A DNA stretch of 64,000 nucleotides from Trichormus sp. ATA11-4-KO1 (lineage in GTDB: Bacteria; Cyanobacteriota; Cyanobacteriia; Cyanobacteriales; Nostocaceae). Every line of letters begins with the position of its first letter. Position 1 is the stretch's first letter. Shown here one piece after another: positions 40,137 to 51,554 of this stretch. A program made the translations under genes and the position numbers. A model generated the notes under the pieces. It made no database searches. It was not told the DNA's origin and worked only from the letters and a program-made list of their open reading frames with translations. Location: NCBI GenBank assembly GCA_019358915.1, contig JAHHIM010000001.1:64001-128000 (forward strand). The letters are read 5' to 3'.

Positions 40137-41828
40137 TTACTGAGCCGTTACCAAATAGGGTGAGGGAATTGGTTGGGCGCGGCCAGCATTGACCAGTGCT
40201 TGATAAACAAAGGCAGCAATTTCGGCTCTAGTCGCAGCACGATTGGGATTGAGTTGCCTAGCTGTAGGATAGTTAATCACTAATTGTTTTGTAGTCGCAG
40301 CCGCAACCGGGCCAATCGCATAATTAGGAATCTGGGCAGCATCGGTGTACAAAGAAAGGGCATTCTGATTGTCGGCAGTTAAGCCCAAACCATTGGCTAA
40401 GGAAACTAGTGCCTGTACTCTAGGAATTTGCTGCTGTGGTTTAAATGTACCATCAGGATAGCCAGCCAGAAATTCACTCCGGTAAGCAGATTGAATGGCA
40501 GCGTAAGCCCAGAAATTGCTGGCCACATCTCTAAAATTAGTGCCTGCGCGTTTAACTGGTGGTGTTAAAGCTTTGGTGATAATAGTGGCAAATTGAGCGC
40601 GGGTTACAGGATCATTGGGTTTAAAGGTGCCATCAGGAAAGCCAGCAATGATATTTTGGGAGGCTAAGGCTTCGATGTAAGCTTTAGCCCAGTAACCTTC
40701 TGGTACATCTCCAAAGGCGGTTTGACCTGTAGGTAGGTCAACAGTAGCAGCAACGAAATTTACTTGACCGGAAATCCGACTTTGATCAATATCGTTGCCA
40801 ATAGCGAGAATTGTATTAGTTCTAGTGGCATTGTTCACATCATGACGAGCGTTACCACGAATGAGATTGCCACCGGGATTTTCATTAGTACCGAGGTCAG
40901 GTAAAGCGTTGACAGTCGCTACAATACCATCTCGCTTATTATTCTGAATGACATTTTTACGTAATATGGGTCTGGCTGACTCTGAGATAAACAGACCGTC
41001 TTGGTTTTGGACGATCTGGTTTCCTTCTACTAAGGGTGTGGAAGTACCACCTATAGCTAAACCAAAACCTGTATCCTGAAATAAGTTATTGCGGATTTCA
41101 CCTTGGGCAGTTCTAGCTACTGAAATCCCATTGCCTTGGTTTTGCACAAACAGGTTATTTTCTATTGTGGGATTTCCTGAACCAGTGACAAATACACCCT
41201 CTCTGACACTGTTAGTAAAAGTATTATTGTTGATTCTGGGATTACTTGATTCCACCCAAACTGCGGTACCACGTTGATTGGGGTTAGTGACAGTGACACC
41301 TGTGATAGTGGTATTGTTGTTAGCCAGGATTGTAATGTCTTGTCGGGCAAAGGTACGACTGGTGTAAAAACCACCACCTGTAATTAAAATTGCCTGACCT
41401 CTACTTTGTTCATCACCCCGTAATGTTACCCCTTCTTTGAGTAAGAGTGGGAATTTTTCGCCACTGTCACTGTTATATATCCCAGGTGCTAGTTGAATAG
41501 TAGTACCTGGTTGGGCTTGATTGAGAGCGAAGGTAATAGTTTTATAAGGCGCTGCTGCTGTTGCACCAGCACCAGCAGTATCTGCACCAGTGTCTGGGTT
41601 GACATAAATCACTGTTGCATTTGCCGGAACCTGCGCTATTAAAATAGGGGGTGTTGCTGTGTGCTGGGTAAAACCAGCATTCACCGAACTATTCAGTAGT
41701 ATGGAAGCTCCAGAAACAACTAACAAAGCCGTGAGTCCGGTACGCAAGGGTTTAGCAGGAAGGCGAAAATTGTTGGCTGACGGCTGGCGTGGCGCAGCCT
41801 TAAAAATGTGAAAACCCCGATATTTCAT
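40137..41828 (-). CDS. DUF1565 / parallel beta-helix protein with C-terminal SLH domains
   Basis: IYVNP..G.D..APYKTIT.AL, LAPGIY; three SLH repeats (GFPDGTFKPNDPVTRAQFA, GYPDGTFKP, ATRAE). Confidence 0.92.
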   Translation of the reverse strand: MKYRGFHIFKAAPRQPSANNFRLPAKPLRTGLTALLVVSGASILLNSSVNAGFTQHTATPPILIAQVPANATVIYVNPDTGADTAGAGATAAAPYKTITFALNQAQPGTTIQLAPGIYNSDSGEKFPLLLKEGVTLRGDEQSRGQAILITGGGFYTSRTFARQDITILANNNTTITGVTVTNPNQRGTAVWVESSNPRINNNTFTNSVREGVFVTGSGNPTIENNLFVQNQGNGISVARTAQGEIRNNLFQDTGFGLAIGGTSTPLVEGNQIVQNQDGLFISESARPILRKNVIQNNKRDGIVATVNALPDLGTNENPGGNLIRGNARHDVNNATRTNTILAIGNDIDQSRISGQVNFVAATVDLPTGQTAFGDVPEGYWAKAYIEALASQNIIAGFPDGTFKPNDPVTRAQFATIITKALTPPVKRAGTNFRDVASNFWAYAAIQSAYRSEFLAGYPDGTFKPQQQIPRVQALVSLANGLGLTADNQNALSLYTDAAQIPNYAIGPVAAATTKQLVINYPTARQLNPNRAATRAEIAAFVYQALVNAGRAQPIPSPYLVTAQ

Positions 41829-42125
41829 TTTTGTGTCTGTGATGTGCTGAATTACAATTGGTTAAACAGGGTCAAATATAGCAGCTAAGTAGCTAGCAAA
41901 CCCATGCAAAACTATACTGGATGACTAGCAATTAATCAGCTAAGTTTCGTCAGAAAACACATACATGATTTCATTCATCTCTGAAAATTTTACCAGGGTA
42001 ACCCACGAGATGCAGCGATCGCCATGTGCTAGTTATCCCTAGGGTAGATACCTAGAGCTAGATGCACCAAGTAGTTGTAATTGATATCATCCTCGAAAAA
42101 GCCAGCCTGGGGATAATTAGAGGAA

Positions 42126-42659
42126 ATGCGTTGTCAATTTTTAGTGCTGCGTCGAGCCATTGTGATAGTTAGCACCTTTCTTCTACTCCTGGGCAATCCT
42201 GCATTGGCTGCTGAACGAGTAGTACTGAAATATGGTATCTTCCGTGAAACAATTTCAGTGGAGGAACTGGCAACTTTTGCCGCAACTGGCGAACTTTCAC
42301 GTTCGCTACGGGTAAATTTTGCTTTGGCGCGACAAGATCCCCAAGCGATTCGTCAATATTTAATCACACCAGTGCGGGTAGATTTGGTGATTTTAGATAA
42401 AGTATTAAATAGCCCAGTTGGTAACGTCATTCTCGATGAACTAAGTCAAGTTATTTATACGCCATCCCGTGCTGCCGATCGGCAGGCTTTACGCTCAGCG
42501 TTGATCCTGTCTGCTAGTAAAGACGGACAGGTGACGTTGCTAGAAATAATTCAAAATTATCCCACGCCGGATGTGGAAGTTGACGGAGATCGCTTGGAGA
42601 ATGCTTACCGTCAACTCCGCCGCTTGCAAACAGGTTTACAAGATTTACTCAAATTTTAA
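42126..42659 (+). CDS. DUF1400 (alpha/beta hydrolase-associated) secreted protein
   Basis: AAERVVLKYG..ISVEEL.TFA.TGE, ALRSALILSA..DG.VTLLE..QNYP. Confidence 0.85.
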   Translation: MRCQFLVLRRAIVIVSTFLLLLGNPALAAERVVLKYGIFRETISVEELATFAATGELSRSLRVNFALARQDPQAIRQYLITPVRVDLVILDKVLNSPVGNVILDELSQVIYTPSRAADRQALRSALILSASKDGQVTLLEIIQNYPTPDVEVDGDRLENAYRQLRRLQTGLQDLLKF

Positions 42660-42853
42660 TAAGCTAAGGTTTCTAAAGTTTCTCGTAAATATCTCTGTAC
42701 CTGCTGTTCCAGGCGCAGCCCTTGTAATTGAGTATCATGTTCTAGTTGCCAGCGTTGGAAACCGGAACTAGTGGCGATCGCGCATTTAAGACTATACCAA
42801 ATTTCCGGATCAGCAGAAAATTGGCGATCGCTAGTAGATGGAATTTGAGCCAT
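42656..42853 (-). CDS. conserved small cyanobacterial protein
   Basis: W.SLK.AIA.SSGFQRW..QVQRYLRETLETLAY. Confidence 0.8.
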   Translation of the reverse strand: MAQIPSTSDRQFSADPEIWYSLKCAIATSSGFQRWQLEHDTQLQGLRLEQQVQRYLRETLETLAY

Positions 42854-42935
42854 AGTTCCTCATTCCTCAGTTTTAACTTCAGTAAATACGACGCTGCCAT
42901 AGGACAGGACATAATTCACTTAATACCTATCAGGG

Positions 42936-43571
42936 TTACTTTAAGGGTTTTTGCGGGTCTGTGTTAATCTCTCTCAGGGATAGAAATAACTGGGGCACAA
43001 TTTGATTAACCCGCACACCTAAAATTGTAAAATCCTGCTTAATCTTTTCTAAAGATAATGGTTCTATAGCTGCAAATTCTGTGTCATTGGTCACTAAAAC
43101 TCGCGCCAAACTCACGGGAATTTGTAGAAATAGATTACTGGCAAAAAAGGCTAAAGCAGCTAGTAATAATCCCAGGCTTCGCCACTGGGGTAAAAACCTG
43201 GCTAAACTTTCTACCTGTGGAACCACTTGGTAAAGTTGCCACAACACCCCAACTAATAATATTGCTGCCACAAGGGCTAAAAAGCGATTTAATTTTGTCT
43301 TAATTAAACAAAGAATTTTACGCTGTTGCTCAGTGAGATTTTCCGGCTTGAGGGCTACGCCCAAAATAGCAAATATGTAAAAAGGGCGATGTAATTGCAT
43401 CCACAACAGTGGAATCACACCAATGCTAGCTACGAGGAACAACTCTACCCATACTGGTAAAAGTGGTTCGCCCACAGACAAAAACAATAAGCACAGTAAT
43501 AAAAAAAGTGGTAGCATCGCCAGTCCGGCGACGTGAATCCACAATATAGGTTCAGAGCGAAATAAGGGCAT
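42936..43571 (-). CDS. low-complexity tail membrane protein
   Basis: FRSEPILWIH.AGLA, WMQLHRPFYIF, SNLFLQIPVS; downstream of infB; the upstream ORF extension is STRR repeat. Confidence 0.85.
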   Translation of the reverse strand: MPLFRSEPILWIHVAGLAMLPLFLLLCLLFLSVGEPLLPVWVELFLVASIGVIPLLWMQLHRPFYIFAILGVALKPENLTEQQRKILCLIKTKLNRFLALVAAILLVGVLWQLYQVVPQVESLARFLPQWRSLGLLLAALAFFASNLFLQIPVSLARVLVTNDTEFAAIEPLSLEKIKQDFTILGVRVNQIVPQLFLSLREINTDPQKPLK

Positions 43572-43671
43572 ATAAAAGTGCTGAGTGCTAAGTGCTGAGT
43601 GCTGAGTTTTGAGATTTGAGTTGTCAACTCTTTTCAACTCAAAACTCATCACTTTTGCTGATGACCCAGCA

Positions 43672-46600
43672 CTATTTCGTTAATGTGAGAGTGCGACGCT
43701 TGGTTACCATTTGGAAGGCTTCAATGATGTCACCTTCAACCCAGTCATGGAATTTATCGATATTGATACCGCATTCATAACCGGCGTTGACTTCTCGTGC
43801 ATCTTCTTTCATCCGTTTGAGGGAGTCAAGGACACCTTCGTAGACCACCTTACCAGCACGACGCACCCGCAGTTTGCAGTTGCGAACTAGTTTACCCGAT
43901 TGCACGTAACAACCAGCAACGGCTCCACGACCGACTGGGAAGACAGCACGGACTTCGGTTTGTCCCAAGGGTTCTTCCACCAACTCTGGTTCCAGAAGAC
44001 CTTCTAAGGCTCCTTGGATGTCTTCCAGAAGTTTGTAGATGATGTTATATTCCCGCACATCCACCCCAGCTTCATCGGCGGCTTGTCTGGCGCCACTGGC
44101 GTAGGTAGTATTGAAGCCAATAATTACAGCACCACTGGCTGCGGCTAGATCAATATCTGTTTCTGTGATTTCTCCAGCAGTAGCCAATAGCATCCGAATT
44201 TGGACTTCGTTTTGGGGAATTTGTCTGAGAGATCCCACGATCGCTTCCACAGAACCTTGGACGTCTCCCTTCAAGATCAAGTTGAGTTCTTTCAACTCGC
44301 CTTCTTGTGCTTGAGCTGAGAGGGTTGTGAGGGTGACACGTCCCTGCAACAGGCGGGATAGACGTTGTTTGTCGGCGCGATCGGCAGCCAGGGACCGAGC
44401 TTCTTTCTCATTAGCGAAGACTTCAAACTCATCACCTGCGGCTGGCACATCACTTAAACCCAGCACTTCGACGGCAAAGGAAGGACTAGCAATCTCTACT
44501 CTTCTGCCTCTGTCATCGACCATTGCCCGGACTTTACCAAATGCCGAGCCAGCTACCAACATATCTCCTACATGCAAGGTGCCATTCTGAATCAACAGGG
44601 TAGCAACTGCTCCTTTGGCTTTATCCAGATGTGCTTCAATTACGGTTCCTTTAGCAGATCGATCTGGGTTAGCAGATAGTTCTCCTACTTCTGCTACTAG
44701 CAGAATCATATCTAAGAGCGTATCTAGGTTTTCACCCTTGATAGCACTCACAGGAACCATGATTGTCTCACCACCCCATTCTTCTGGGGTGAGGCCATAT
44801 TGCGTGAGTTCTTGTTTAACCCGTTCTGGTTGTGCCCCTTCTTTATCAATTTTGTTGATGGCTACCACAATGGGCACTTCGGCGGCTTGAGCGTGGCTAA
44901 TAGCTTCCACAGTTTGGGGACGAACACCATCATCAGCGGCCACGACCAAAATGGCAATGTCAGTTACCCTAGCTCCCCGTGCCCGCATAGCTGTGAATGC
45001 TTCGTGTCCAGGGGTATCTAGGAAGACTATCTGCTGCGCTTTGCCCTCATGTTCTACATCCACATGGTATGCACCAATATGTTGGGTAATACCACCAGCT
45101 TCGCCAGAAGCTACTTTGGTTTTGCGAATTGAGTCGAGCAAGGTGGTTTTGCCGTGGTCTACGTGACCCATAATCGTCACTACTGGCGGACGGCGTTGGA
45201 GATTTTCCAAGTCTGCCACATCCAACATTTCTGTGACTTTGCGGGCTTCGGCTTCTGGTTCGGCGGTTTCGACTTCTATTTCTAGTTCTTTACCTACCAA
45301 AGTGATTGTCGGCACATCCAAATTTTGGGTGATACTCACCGCCATACCTTTGAGGAACAGGATTTTCACAATCTCTGTATCGGCAACAGCCAAGACATCA
45401 GCCAGTTCTTGTACTGTCATTGGGCCTGTGACCACTACTTTTTCCGGTCGCTCACGCTTTGTTTCGACTTCTTGACGACGGTTTTGGTCGCGGCGGGAAA
45501 AGGATCTCTTCGCGCGAGTGGTTGGGGCACTAGCAATTGCGGCACCTGGCGACTGTGTGGCACGAGCAGCTTTTGGTTTGGGAGGACGGGCAATGGAAAG
45601 ACTTACCTGGACAGTTGCTGGTGAATCGAGATCCTCATCATCCAGTAAATCGTCTTCTTCAAAATCATCATCCAGGATCGGTTTAACCCGCTTGCCTTTA
45701 ACACCTACCTTGCCAGTTTTTTCTTTGATTTCGTCAATAATTTCTTCTTCTTGCCACTTTTTACCACCTTTAGCTAAACGCGGTGGTGTTGGGCGTTTCA
45801 AATCAAGGAGTTCGGCTGCGACACCATCATTACCTACTTCCACTTTCCCTGCTGCGCCTGACATCTGTCTGGGCGGAGTAGCAATTGGCATTGCTGCTAC
45901 AACTTCAGATGAACGTACAGGCCTAGTAGGTCTTTGCCCATCTGGGAGTGGTGCTTGGCCGGGAGTTCTATTTCCTCTTGGCTCCGGTCTGCCTGGCGAT
46001 GTAGTCGGACGAGCCTGTTTTTGAACTGGCGCCTGTGGGGTATCTGTGGTTGTTGGCTTAGCGACTTTTGGTTTGGCTTGATCGCGTTTGAGTATTGGTT
46101 TGTCTGCCGGACTTAGCTGGTCAGTTACATGAGAGCTTTCCGCCGCAGGTCTAGCAGGTGGGGACACCAACTGCGGTTTTTGGGGTTTTTCCGGTTTTGG
46201 TCTAGGTGAAACTGTTTTTTCCGGTTTTGGCGTTGCTGTTGTTTCTGGTGCCTCTGTGTTAGACACATAATCTGCTTCTGTGATTGCAGGTTCTGGTGAG
46301 GTCTCAGAGTGATTCCGGGGTACAGGTCGAATTGGTGCCGTCGGCTTCATGGGTGAGACTGGTGTATCGAAGGGCCGTGGAGGTGAAGGAGGATTAACTT
46401 CAGACGACGAAACAAGTTGGGTGTCTGTAGCAACTGACGCCTCTGGGGCGTTGGAGGTAGGATTTCTCAATATTTTGGGTTTGCGAATTTCCAAAATTTG
46501 CTGTTTGTGAGGTGGAGCTGGTCGGTTGCGAGAGCCAGTTTGTGGTGAATTTGGTTTATGACTGGTTGTACCTTGTTCCCTTTTAGGCATCACATTCGTA

Positions 46601-46770
46601 GCTGCCAATTTTTCGGCAGCCGCCCGGATGCGTTCTGCCTCAGACTCTGAAATAGTGCTGCTATGGCTTTTTACCGCAATGTTGAGCTGGTCGCAAATTG
46701 CTAGTAGCTCTTTGTTATCCAAATTCAATTCCTTTGATAATTCGTAGATTCTAACTTTGCCGTTGTTCAT
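43672..46770 (-). CDS. infB: translation initiation factor IF-2
   Basis: [32 protein letters not shown]. Confidence 0.98.
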   Translation of the reverse strand: MNNGKVRIYELSKELNLDNKELLAICDQLNIAVKSHSSTISESEAERIRAAAEKLAATNVMPKREQGTTSHKPNSPQTGSRNRPAPPHKQQILEIRKPKILRNPTSNAPEASVATDTQLVSSSEVNPPSPPRPFDTPVSPMKPTAPIRPVPRNHSETSPEPAITEADYVSNTEAPETTATPKPEKTVSPRPKPEKPQKPQLVSPPARPAAESSHVTDQLSPADKPILKRDQAKPKVAKPTTTDTPQAPVQKQARPTTSPGRPEPRGNRTPGQAPLPDGQRPTRPVRSSEVVAAMPIATPPRQMSGAAGKVEVGNDGVAAELLDLKRPTPPRLAKGGKKWQEEEIIDEIKEKTGKVGVKGKRVKPILDDDFEEDDLLDDEDLDSPATVQVSLSIARPPKPKAARATQSPGAAIASAPTTRAKRSFSRRDQNRRQEVETKRERPEKVVVTGPMTVQELADVLAVADTEIVKILFLKGMAVSITQNLDVPTITLVGKELEIEVETAEPEAEARKVTEMLDVADLENLQRRPPVVTIMGHVDHGKTTLLDSIRKTKVASGEAGGITQHIGAYHVDVEHEGKAQQIVFLDTPGHEAFTAMRARGARVTDIAILVVAADDGVRPQTVEAISHAQAAEVPIVVAINKIDKEGAQPERVKQELTQYGLTPEEWGGETIMVPVSAIKGENLDTLLDMILLVAEVGELSANPDRSAKGTVIEAHLDKAKGAVATLLIQNGTLHVGDMLVAGSAFGKVRAMVDDRGRRVEIASPSFAVEVLGLSDVPAAGDEFEVFANEKEARSLAADRADKQRLSRLLQGRVTLTTLSAQAQEGELKELNLILKGDVQGSVEAIVGSLRQIPQNEVQIRMLLATAGEITETDIDLAAASGAVIIGFNTTYASGARQAADEAGVDVREYNIIYKLLEDIQGALEGLLEPELVEEPLGQTEVRAVFPVGRGAVAGCYVQSGKLVRNCKLRVRRAGKVVYEGVLDSLKRMKEDAREVNAGYECGINIDKFHDWVEGDIIEAFQMVTKRRTLTLTK

Positions 46771-47211
46771 CCACTCTTCCCCTTTAATTTACAGTTTTTT
46801 AGCGGATGGTTGCCTGGTTTTCGACATCTCCATCCTTCGATTACTGTTTTTAGGTTGCCCTTGGTGATTTTGCCGGTGCCTCCAGTCAGGAAAGAGAGAT
46901 GTTTAGGTTTAGCGCTGGCATCGCCACCAGGAAGGATGGTTGAAGCCAAGCTGCGCCTGAGCGTTACCAGGTTGCCATTTTGTATTTTCTTGTTTTGCTG
47001 ATTCTGAGTCTTCCACAACACAATCGAGTAAAACTTACTGGGAGTTAAGTATCGCTTTGCCTATCTTCATTGTGGAAGAGGCTTAAACTAAACTACACCC
47101 ATTTACTATTTTGGCACTAACCCCATTAATTGCAGAGGGTGTGACTATAGCACGACTAGTTCGGCTTTTGGCACAACTACTCTGGGGATTACCGCCAGAA
47201 AGTCTTTCAAC

Positions 47212-47481
47212 TTAATTTTGATTTTGGGTATGGCTATGGGCTAGACGTTGCCACAATGTTTGATACAGTGTTTCTGGCACTGATGCATGTAGCGATCGCC
47301 CTAGTCGATTTTTTTTCTGAGCTGCTTGCAGGCAACTCATTTGTGGGCAAATATAGGCAGAACGCCCCATGCCCTGATCTAATTGTACCTTTCCCGATGG
47401 AAAGACGCGGACAATCCGCCAAAAGTCATCTTTCAAGCCTACTTTGCGGCAACTAATACAACGCCGATAATTCGGTTTCAT
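47212..47481 (-). CDS. ylxR: YlxR family RNA-binding protein
   Basis: RRCISCR, GRSAYIC; between nusA and infB. Confidence 0.92.
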   Translation of the reverse strand: MKPNYRRCISCRKVGLKDDFWRIVRVFPSGKVQLDQGMGRSAYICPQMSCLQAAQKKNRLGRSLHASVPETLYQTLWQRLAHSHTQNQN

Positions 47482-47637
47482 TGGTCTTTTGTGATCTCAG
47501 ATGAGCAATCTGGTGATGAAAATAAAGTTGGCTTTACCAATCTTTACTTAATCATAAATTGCTTCATACTTGGTAATCATGAAGACTAATAATGCTGTCA
47601 ATAGCACCAGCACCAGAAGTCCATAAGGCTAACTAAA

Positions 47638-48927
47638 TTAATCTCTATCGCTAGTGCCAAAAGATTTTACTTGTTCTTCTAGTTCCTCTTCTAGTTCTTC
47701 TTGATTTTCATACTCTAGCTCCTCTAGTTCAATATCATCTTCCTCTGGTTCATATTTGGCACGTGAGGCGGCGAATTTAGCATCTTCTGCTGCATAGTCA
47801 TACTTAGCTTTGTCTTTAATATCTATTTTCCAACCAGTTAAACGGGCTGCTAAACGAACATTTTGACCTTCTTTGCCAATAGCTAAACTCAATTGATCTT
47901 CGGCTACCAGTACGTGAGTTTGCCGGGTTTCGGGGTCCATGAGACGAACTTCATCCACCCGTGCAGGACTTAAGGCGTTAGCAATATACGTCGATGGGTC
48001 AGGAGACCAACGAATTACATCTATTTTTTCACCGCGTAATTCGTTGACTACTACTTGAATTCGCGATCCCCTAGCTCCAATACAAGCACCCACTGGGTCT
48101 ACATCGCGATCAAGGGTATCTACAGCAATTTTAGTCCGAGGCCCCACGTAACGGGAAGGAGGATTGGCTTCTCTGGCTACAGCAACAATCCGTACCACTT
48201 CATCCTCAATTTCTGGGACTTCGTTGGCAAACAGATAAACTACTAACCCAGCATCAGCTCTTGATACTAACAGTTGAGGACCTCGTTGTTGACCTTGGGA
48301 AACTTTTTTGAGGTATACCTTAAACGTGGCATTTGCCCGATAATTATCATTGGGCAATTGTTCCCGCTTAGGTAATTCAGCTTCTACTTCTGGCTGACCA
48401 AAACCACTGCTCACTGCCAGAATTACTGATTGTCTCTCAAACCGCAATACTCTGGCTTGTAGGACAGTTCCTTCCAAGTCTTGGAACTCTTCTTGTACCA
48501 TCTGGCGTTGTTGATCCCGGAGTTTCTGCGCCAAGACTTGCTTGGTTTGCATCGCTGCCATGCGACCAAATTCTCCTTGGTCTGGAGTTACATCCAGGAC
48601 TACAGAATCTCCTAATTGCGCTTCGGGGGCTACTTGTTGTACTTCATCTAAAGAAATTTGATGGTCGGAGTTACTGACTTCTTCAACGATGCTTTTAGTA
48701 GAAAGAACCCGAAACCCTTCTCCTTCAATATCGAGTTCTACTTCAAAATTATCAAAATATTCTTCATCAAATTGTTTTCGTTCTAAATTTTGGGCACGAC
48801 GATAACGTTCATAGCCTTTGAGTAGTGCTTCTCTAATAGCTGATTGAACTGCTAGACGAGGCAAATTGCGCTCGCGGCTGATACTTTCAATTAATTCTTT
48901 TAATCCTGGTAAACTAACCATTGACAT
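47638..48927 (-). CDS. nusA: transcription termination factor NusA
   Basis: FGRMAAMQTKQ, EVPEI, DPVGACIGARGSR, AIGKEGQNVRLA. Confidence 0.97.
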   Translation of the reverse strand: MSMVSLPGLKELIESISRERNLPRLAVQSAIREALLKGYERYRRAQNLERKQFDEEYFDNFEVELDIEGEGFRVLSTKSIVEEVSNSDHQISLDEVQQVAPEAQLGDSVVLDVTPDQGEFGRMAAMQTKQVLAQKLRDQQRQMVQEEFQDLEGTVLQARVLRFERQSVILAVSSGFGQPEVEAELPKREQLPNDNYRANATFKVYLKKVSQGQQRGPQLLVSRADAGLVVYLFANEVPEIEDEVVRIVAVAREANPPSRYVGPRTKIAVDTLDRDVDPVGACIGARGSRIQVVVNELRGEKIDVIRWSPDPSTYIANALSPARVDEVRLMDPETRQTHVLVAEDQLSLAIGKEGQNVRLAARLTGWKIDIKDKAKYDYAAEDAKFAASRAKYEPEEDDIELEELEYENQEELEEELEEQVKSFGTSDRD

Positions 48928-49053
48928 AAGCAATCTCCTTTTCAATAGGGAGTAGGGAACGATAAACTAATCATTAGAGAATGGGGATTTAGAGAAAAGT
49001 TTGACTCTAGTTCCCAATTTCTAACATTTAGCCTCTAGCCTCTAATTCCTCGT

Positions 49054-49515
49054 TTATCGGCGCTCATCTAGCTGCACTCTAGTAATTAGGGTGCGGGGGA
49101 TTTCGACTACGCGACCTTTTTGGTTTAAGTAAACAGTTGTCTCATCCCGGCGAATTAACTGACCAGTCCACTCTTGCTGTCCATCGTAGGGTTGGGAAGT
49201 GGAGATGATTACAGGAAATCCTTTGAAGGAAATAAACTCCCTATCGGTTACTAGTTGTCGTGAAATCCCAGGACTGGATATTTCCAAGACATAAGCGTCG
49301 GGAATGATCTCCGCCATATCTAAGGAAGCTTCCAAAGCACGGCTCATCCGCTCACAATCATCCAAACCAGTATCCTGCTGGGGATTGCGGATGTCTACCC
49401 GCAATACTGGTGGACGCTGGTTAGTGTGAAAAACTATGCCAACGACTTCCAAGCCCAGTTCTGCTGCTACTGGTGTTGCCAAATCTATAATTTGTGGGAC
49501 TAAGGGATGAGTCAT
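49054..49515 (-). CDS. rimP: ribosome maturation factor RimP
   Basis: [20 protein letters not shown]. Confidence 0.95.
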   Translation of the reverse strand: MTHPLVPQIIDLATPVAAELGLEVVGIVFHTNQRPPVLRVDIRNPQQDTGLDDCERMSRALEASLDMAEIIPDAYVLEISSPGISRQLVTDREFISFKGFPVIISTSQPYDGQQEWTGQLIRRDETTVYLNQKGRVVEIPRTLITRVQLDERR

Positions 49516-49534
49516 GCGAGATTTCAATAAAAAA

Positions 49535-49554
49535 AGTGGGTGTAGACCCACTTC
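49535..49554 (-). promoter_or_regulatory. rimP leader hairpin followed by a U-run
   Basis: Minus strand AAGTGGGT-CTAC-ACCCACTT then TTTT just upstream of rimP. Confidence 0.65.
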
Positions 49555-49828
49555 CTGCGATAGGGATATCTTCCAAGAAGTCTTGTGACGAGCCAATGGT
49601 GGTTCGTCTCTATTCCGAGTTTAGCGCATTTCTCTAATAGTCAATAGTCATTGGGAGTAGGGAGTGGGCATTGGGAAAAAGAGGCGGAGGGGTGGAGGAG
49701 CGGAGGAGAAAAAACTTATATATATTTAGATAACTCCAAAAATTAAATTACCACTATCCTGCATCCCAGAAGACTATCAAATTCTTCTCCCCCTGCTCCC
49801 CTGGTTCCCTTGTCCTCGTTATCTCCTT

Positions 49829-51277
49829 CTAACTATCTTTAATTTTTGAGAGAGTAGTATTTTTGTCTACTAATGGTTGAACTGATGATTGTGTTCTTAG
49901 CTGTCTGGTTTGTTCCATAATTTGGTCTATATCTTCTTGAGACAAACGCTGGACGTAGTTGATCTTGACTTCTTCTAAAAGGTCAAACATTAAGCTCTGA
50001 ATTTCAGAGATTACATGTTTTTTCTGCATTTCTGTTCCCAAGGCTGCGCTAAAGCGTTCTGCAAGTTCACTGGTAAGTTTTGCACCTACAGGATCTTCCA
50101 CAGCAGCAACTACAGCTTTGTAAAGGTTAGTTGTGATTTGCGTGGCTAGTTGTTCGCTGAGCTGGGTTTGAATTTCTCCCACTTTAGGAAGATTTTGGAG
50201 ATTGCGATAAATTGGAGTTTGATGCAGGACGGTTGTAATATTGTGGTGCAAAATAGCAATTATCTCTGGTTGGATTTGGGGTAAAACTTGGTAAACGATT
50301 GTTTGCACCAAAATACCTGCGATCGCTTCCATTTCATTGATATTATTAATATTTATGTAGGGGCGCAGATTTTCTTTTTGCGACAACCAGCGTGTGAGGT
50401 CGCCTCGTTGAATTGAACCTTGGAACTGGTTAATTACTCTCACCACAACAATTTCTGTAAATTCCTCAGCAAAATCGGCTAAAATTGCTTGATGTATCTG
50501 CTGCTGCAATGGCTGGAGATTCAATATTCGTGCTTGGTCAAGGCGAATTGATACAGGTATAATTCGCAACCATCGGCTAAATGGCAGCAGCAAAAATAGG
50601 TCGTACCACCGCCACAAGATGGCATTTACCCAAGTAAAACTAGGATGACTACGCCGTAGATAAAAAGAACGTGCTAGTAGTTCTAAACCAAACAAAGTGA
50701 CAAAAGGTAAGTCAATCAGCCAAAAATTGTCAACAAATTCGCCATTTTCGCCAATTGAGCGGTAATAATTAGTAGCAATCAAAGGACGGAGTTTTTGGTT
50801 AAAAAAATTAATTTCTTGCTTCCAACCCCTTTGAGATAAATATTCTTGACTCCAAAAAGTGTCAAAGGATTGTTTTGCAGATTCTTGTCCGATGCGATCG
50901 CGTATCCGATTTTTGACTTTTTCTAGAGTACCACTCTTATTGACTGCTGCGAATGGATTACCGTCAATCATCTCATTGCTGAGACTGCTGAGTTGTTCTA
51001 ATTTAGTTTTAGCCTGTGGTGAGGTTAAACCAGTCTGGCTGACTTGTTCTTCTAGTGCGTTGACTGTTGCCAAATAATTGTTTGTTTCTCTATGTGCTTC
51101 AATGCCCTTAATTGGATCATAAATCTGGGTAATTTGGGTGAGTCTTCGCAAATAAAAATCTCTCCACGGTACATAACTTAAATCAAACAATACTAAACAT
51201 AAATTTACTGTGGCAATAATCGCCATTAATCTTTCAAATACCAGGTTTTGCGGTTTTGGAGATTTTCGTTTAGCCAT
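49829..51277 (-). CDS. conserved hypothetical membrane protein
   Basis: LVLFDLSYVPWRDFY, YDPIKGIEAHR, WRWYD; several TM segments. Confidence 0.8.
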   Translation of the reverse strand: MAKRKSPKPQNLVFERLMAIIATVNLCLVLFDLSYVPWRDFYLRRLTQITQIYDPIKGIEAHRETNNYLATVNALEEQVSQTGLTSPQAKTKLEQLSSLSNEMIDGNPFAAVNKSGTLEKVKNRIRDRIGQESAKQSFDTFWSQEYLSQRGWKQEINFFNQKLRPLIATNYYRSIGENGEFVDNFWLIDLPFVTLFGLELLARSFYLRRSHPSFTWVNAILWRWYDLFLLLPFSRWLRIIPVSIRLDQARILNLQPLQQQIHQAILADFAEEFTEIVVVRVINQFQGSIQRGDLTRWLSQKENLRPYININNINEMEAIAGILVQTIVYQVLPQIQPEIIAILHHNITTVLHQTPIYRNLQNLPKVGEIQTQLSEQLATQITTNLYKAVVAAVEDPVGAKLTSELAERFSAALGTEMQKKHVISEIQSLMFDLLEEVKINYVQRLSQEDIDQIMEQTRQLRTQSSVQPLVDKNTTLSKIKDS

Positions 51278-51554
51278 TTTTAGTTTTGTCTTATACATAA
51301 TTGAAAACGTACTTATTTTAGTTCCATATCCATTCATCTCCTAATGATTGCTAAATCAAAAATACTTCTATAGGAAGATGTCAAAAATCTTTATTTAGAT
51401 ATTTAGTTTAATTTAACTAATAAATTTATATTAAGTAAAAATTATTCATAATTAATAGTCAGCGTTTTAACAAATTGTAAAAATTTGCTGTTAATCTCTA
51501 TATACTGCTGAATACTGCTAAATACTGCTGATTTAATCCAAAGGAGTTTTATAT

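Noticed and set aside
44111..47021. Many short ORFs antisense to or upstream of infB
   Set aside because: Shadow frames of a highly conserved gene or its leader; no independent coding signal.
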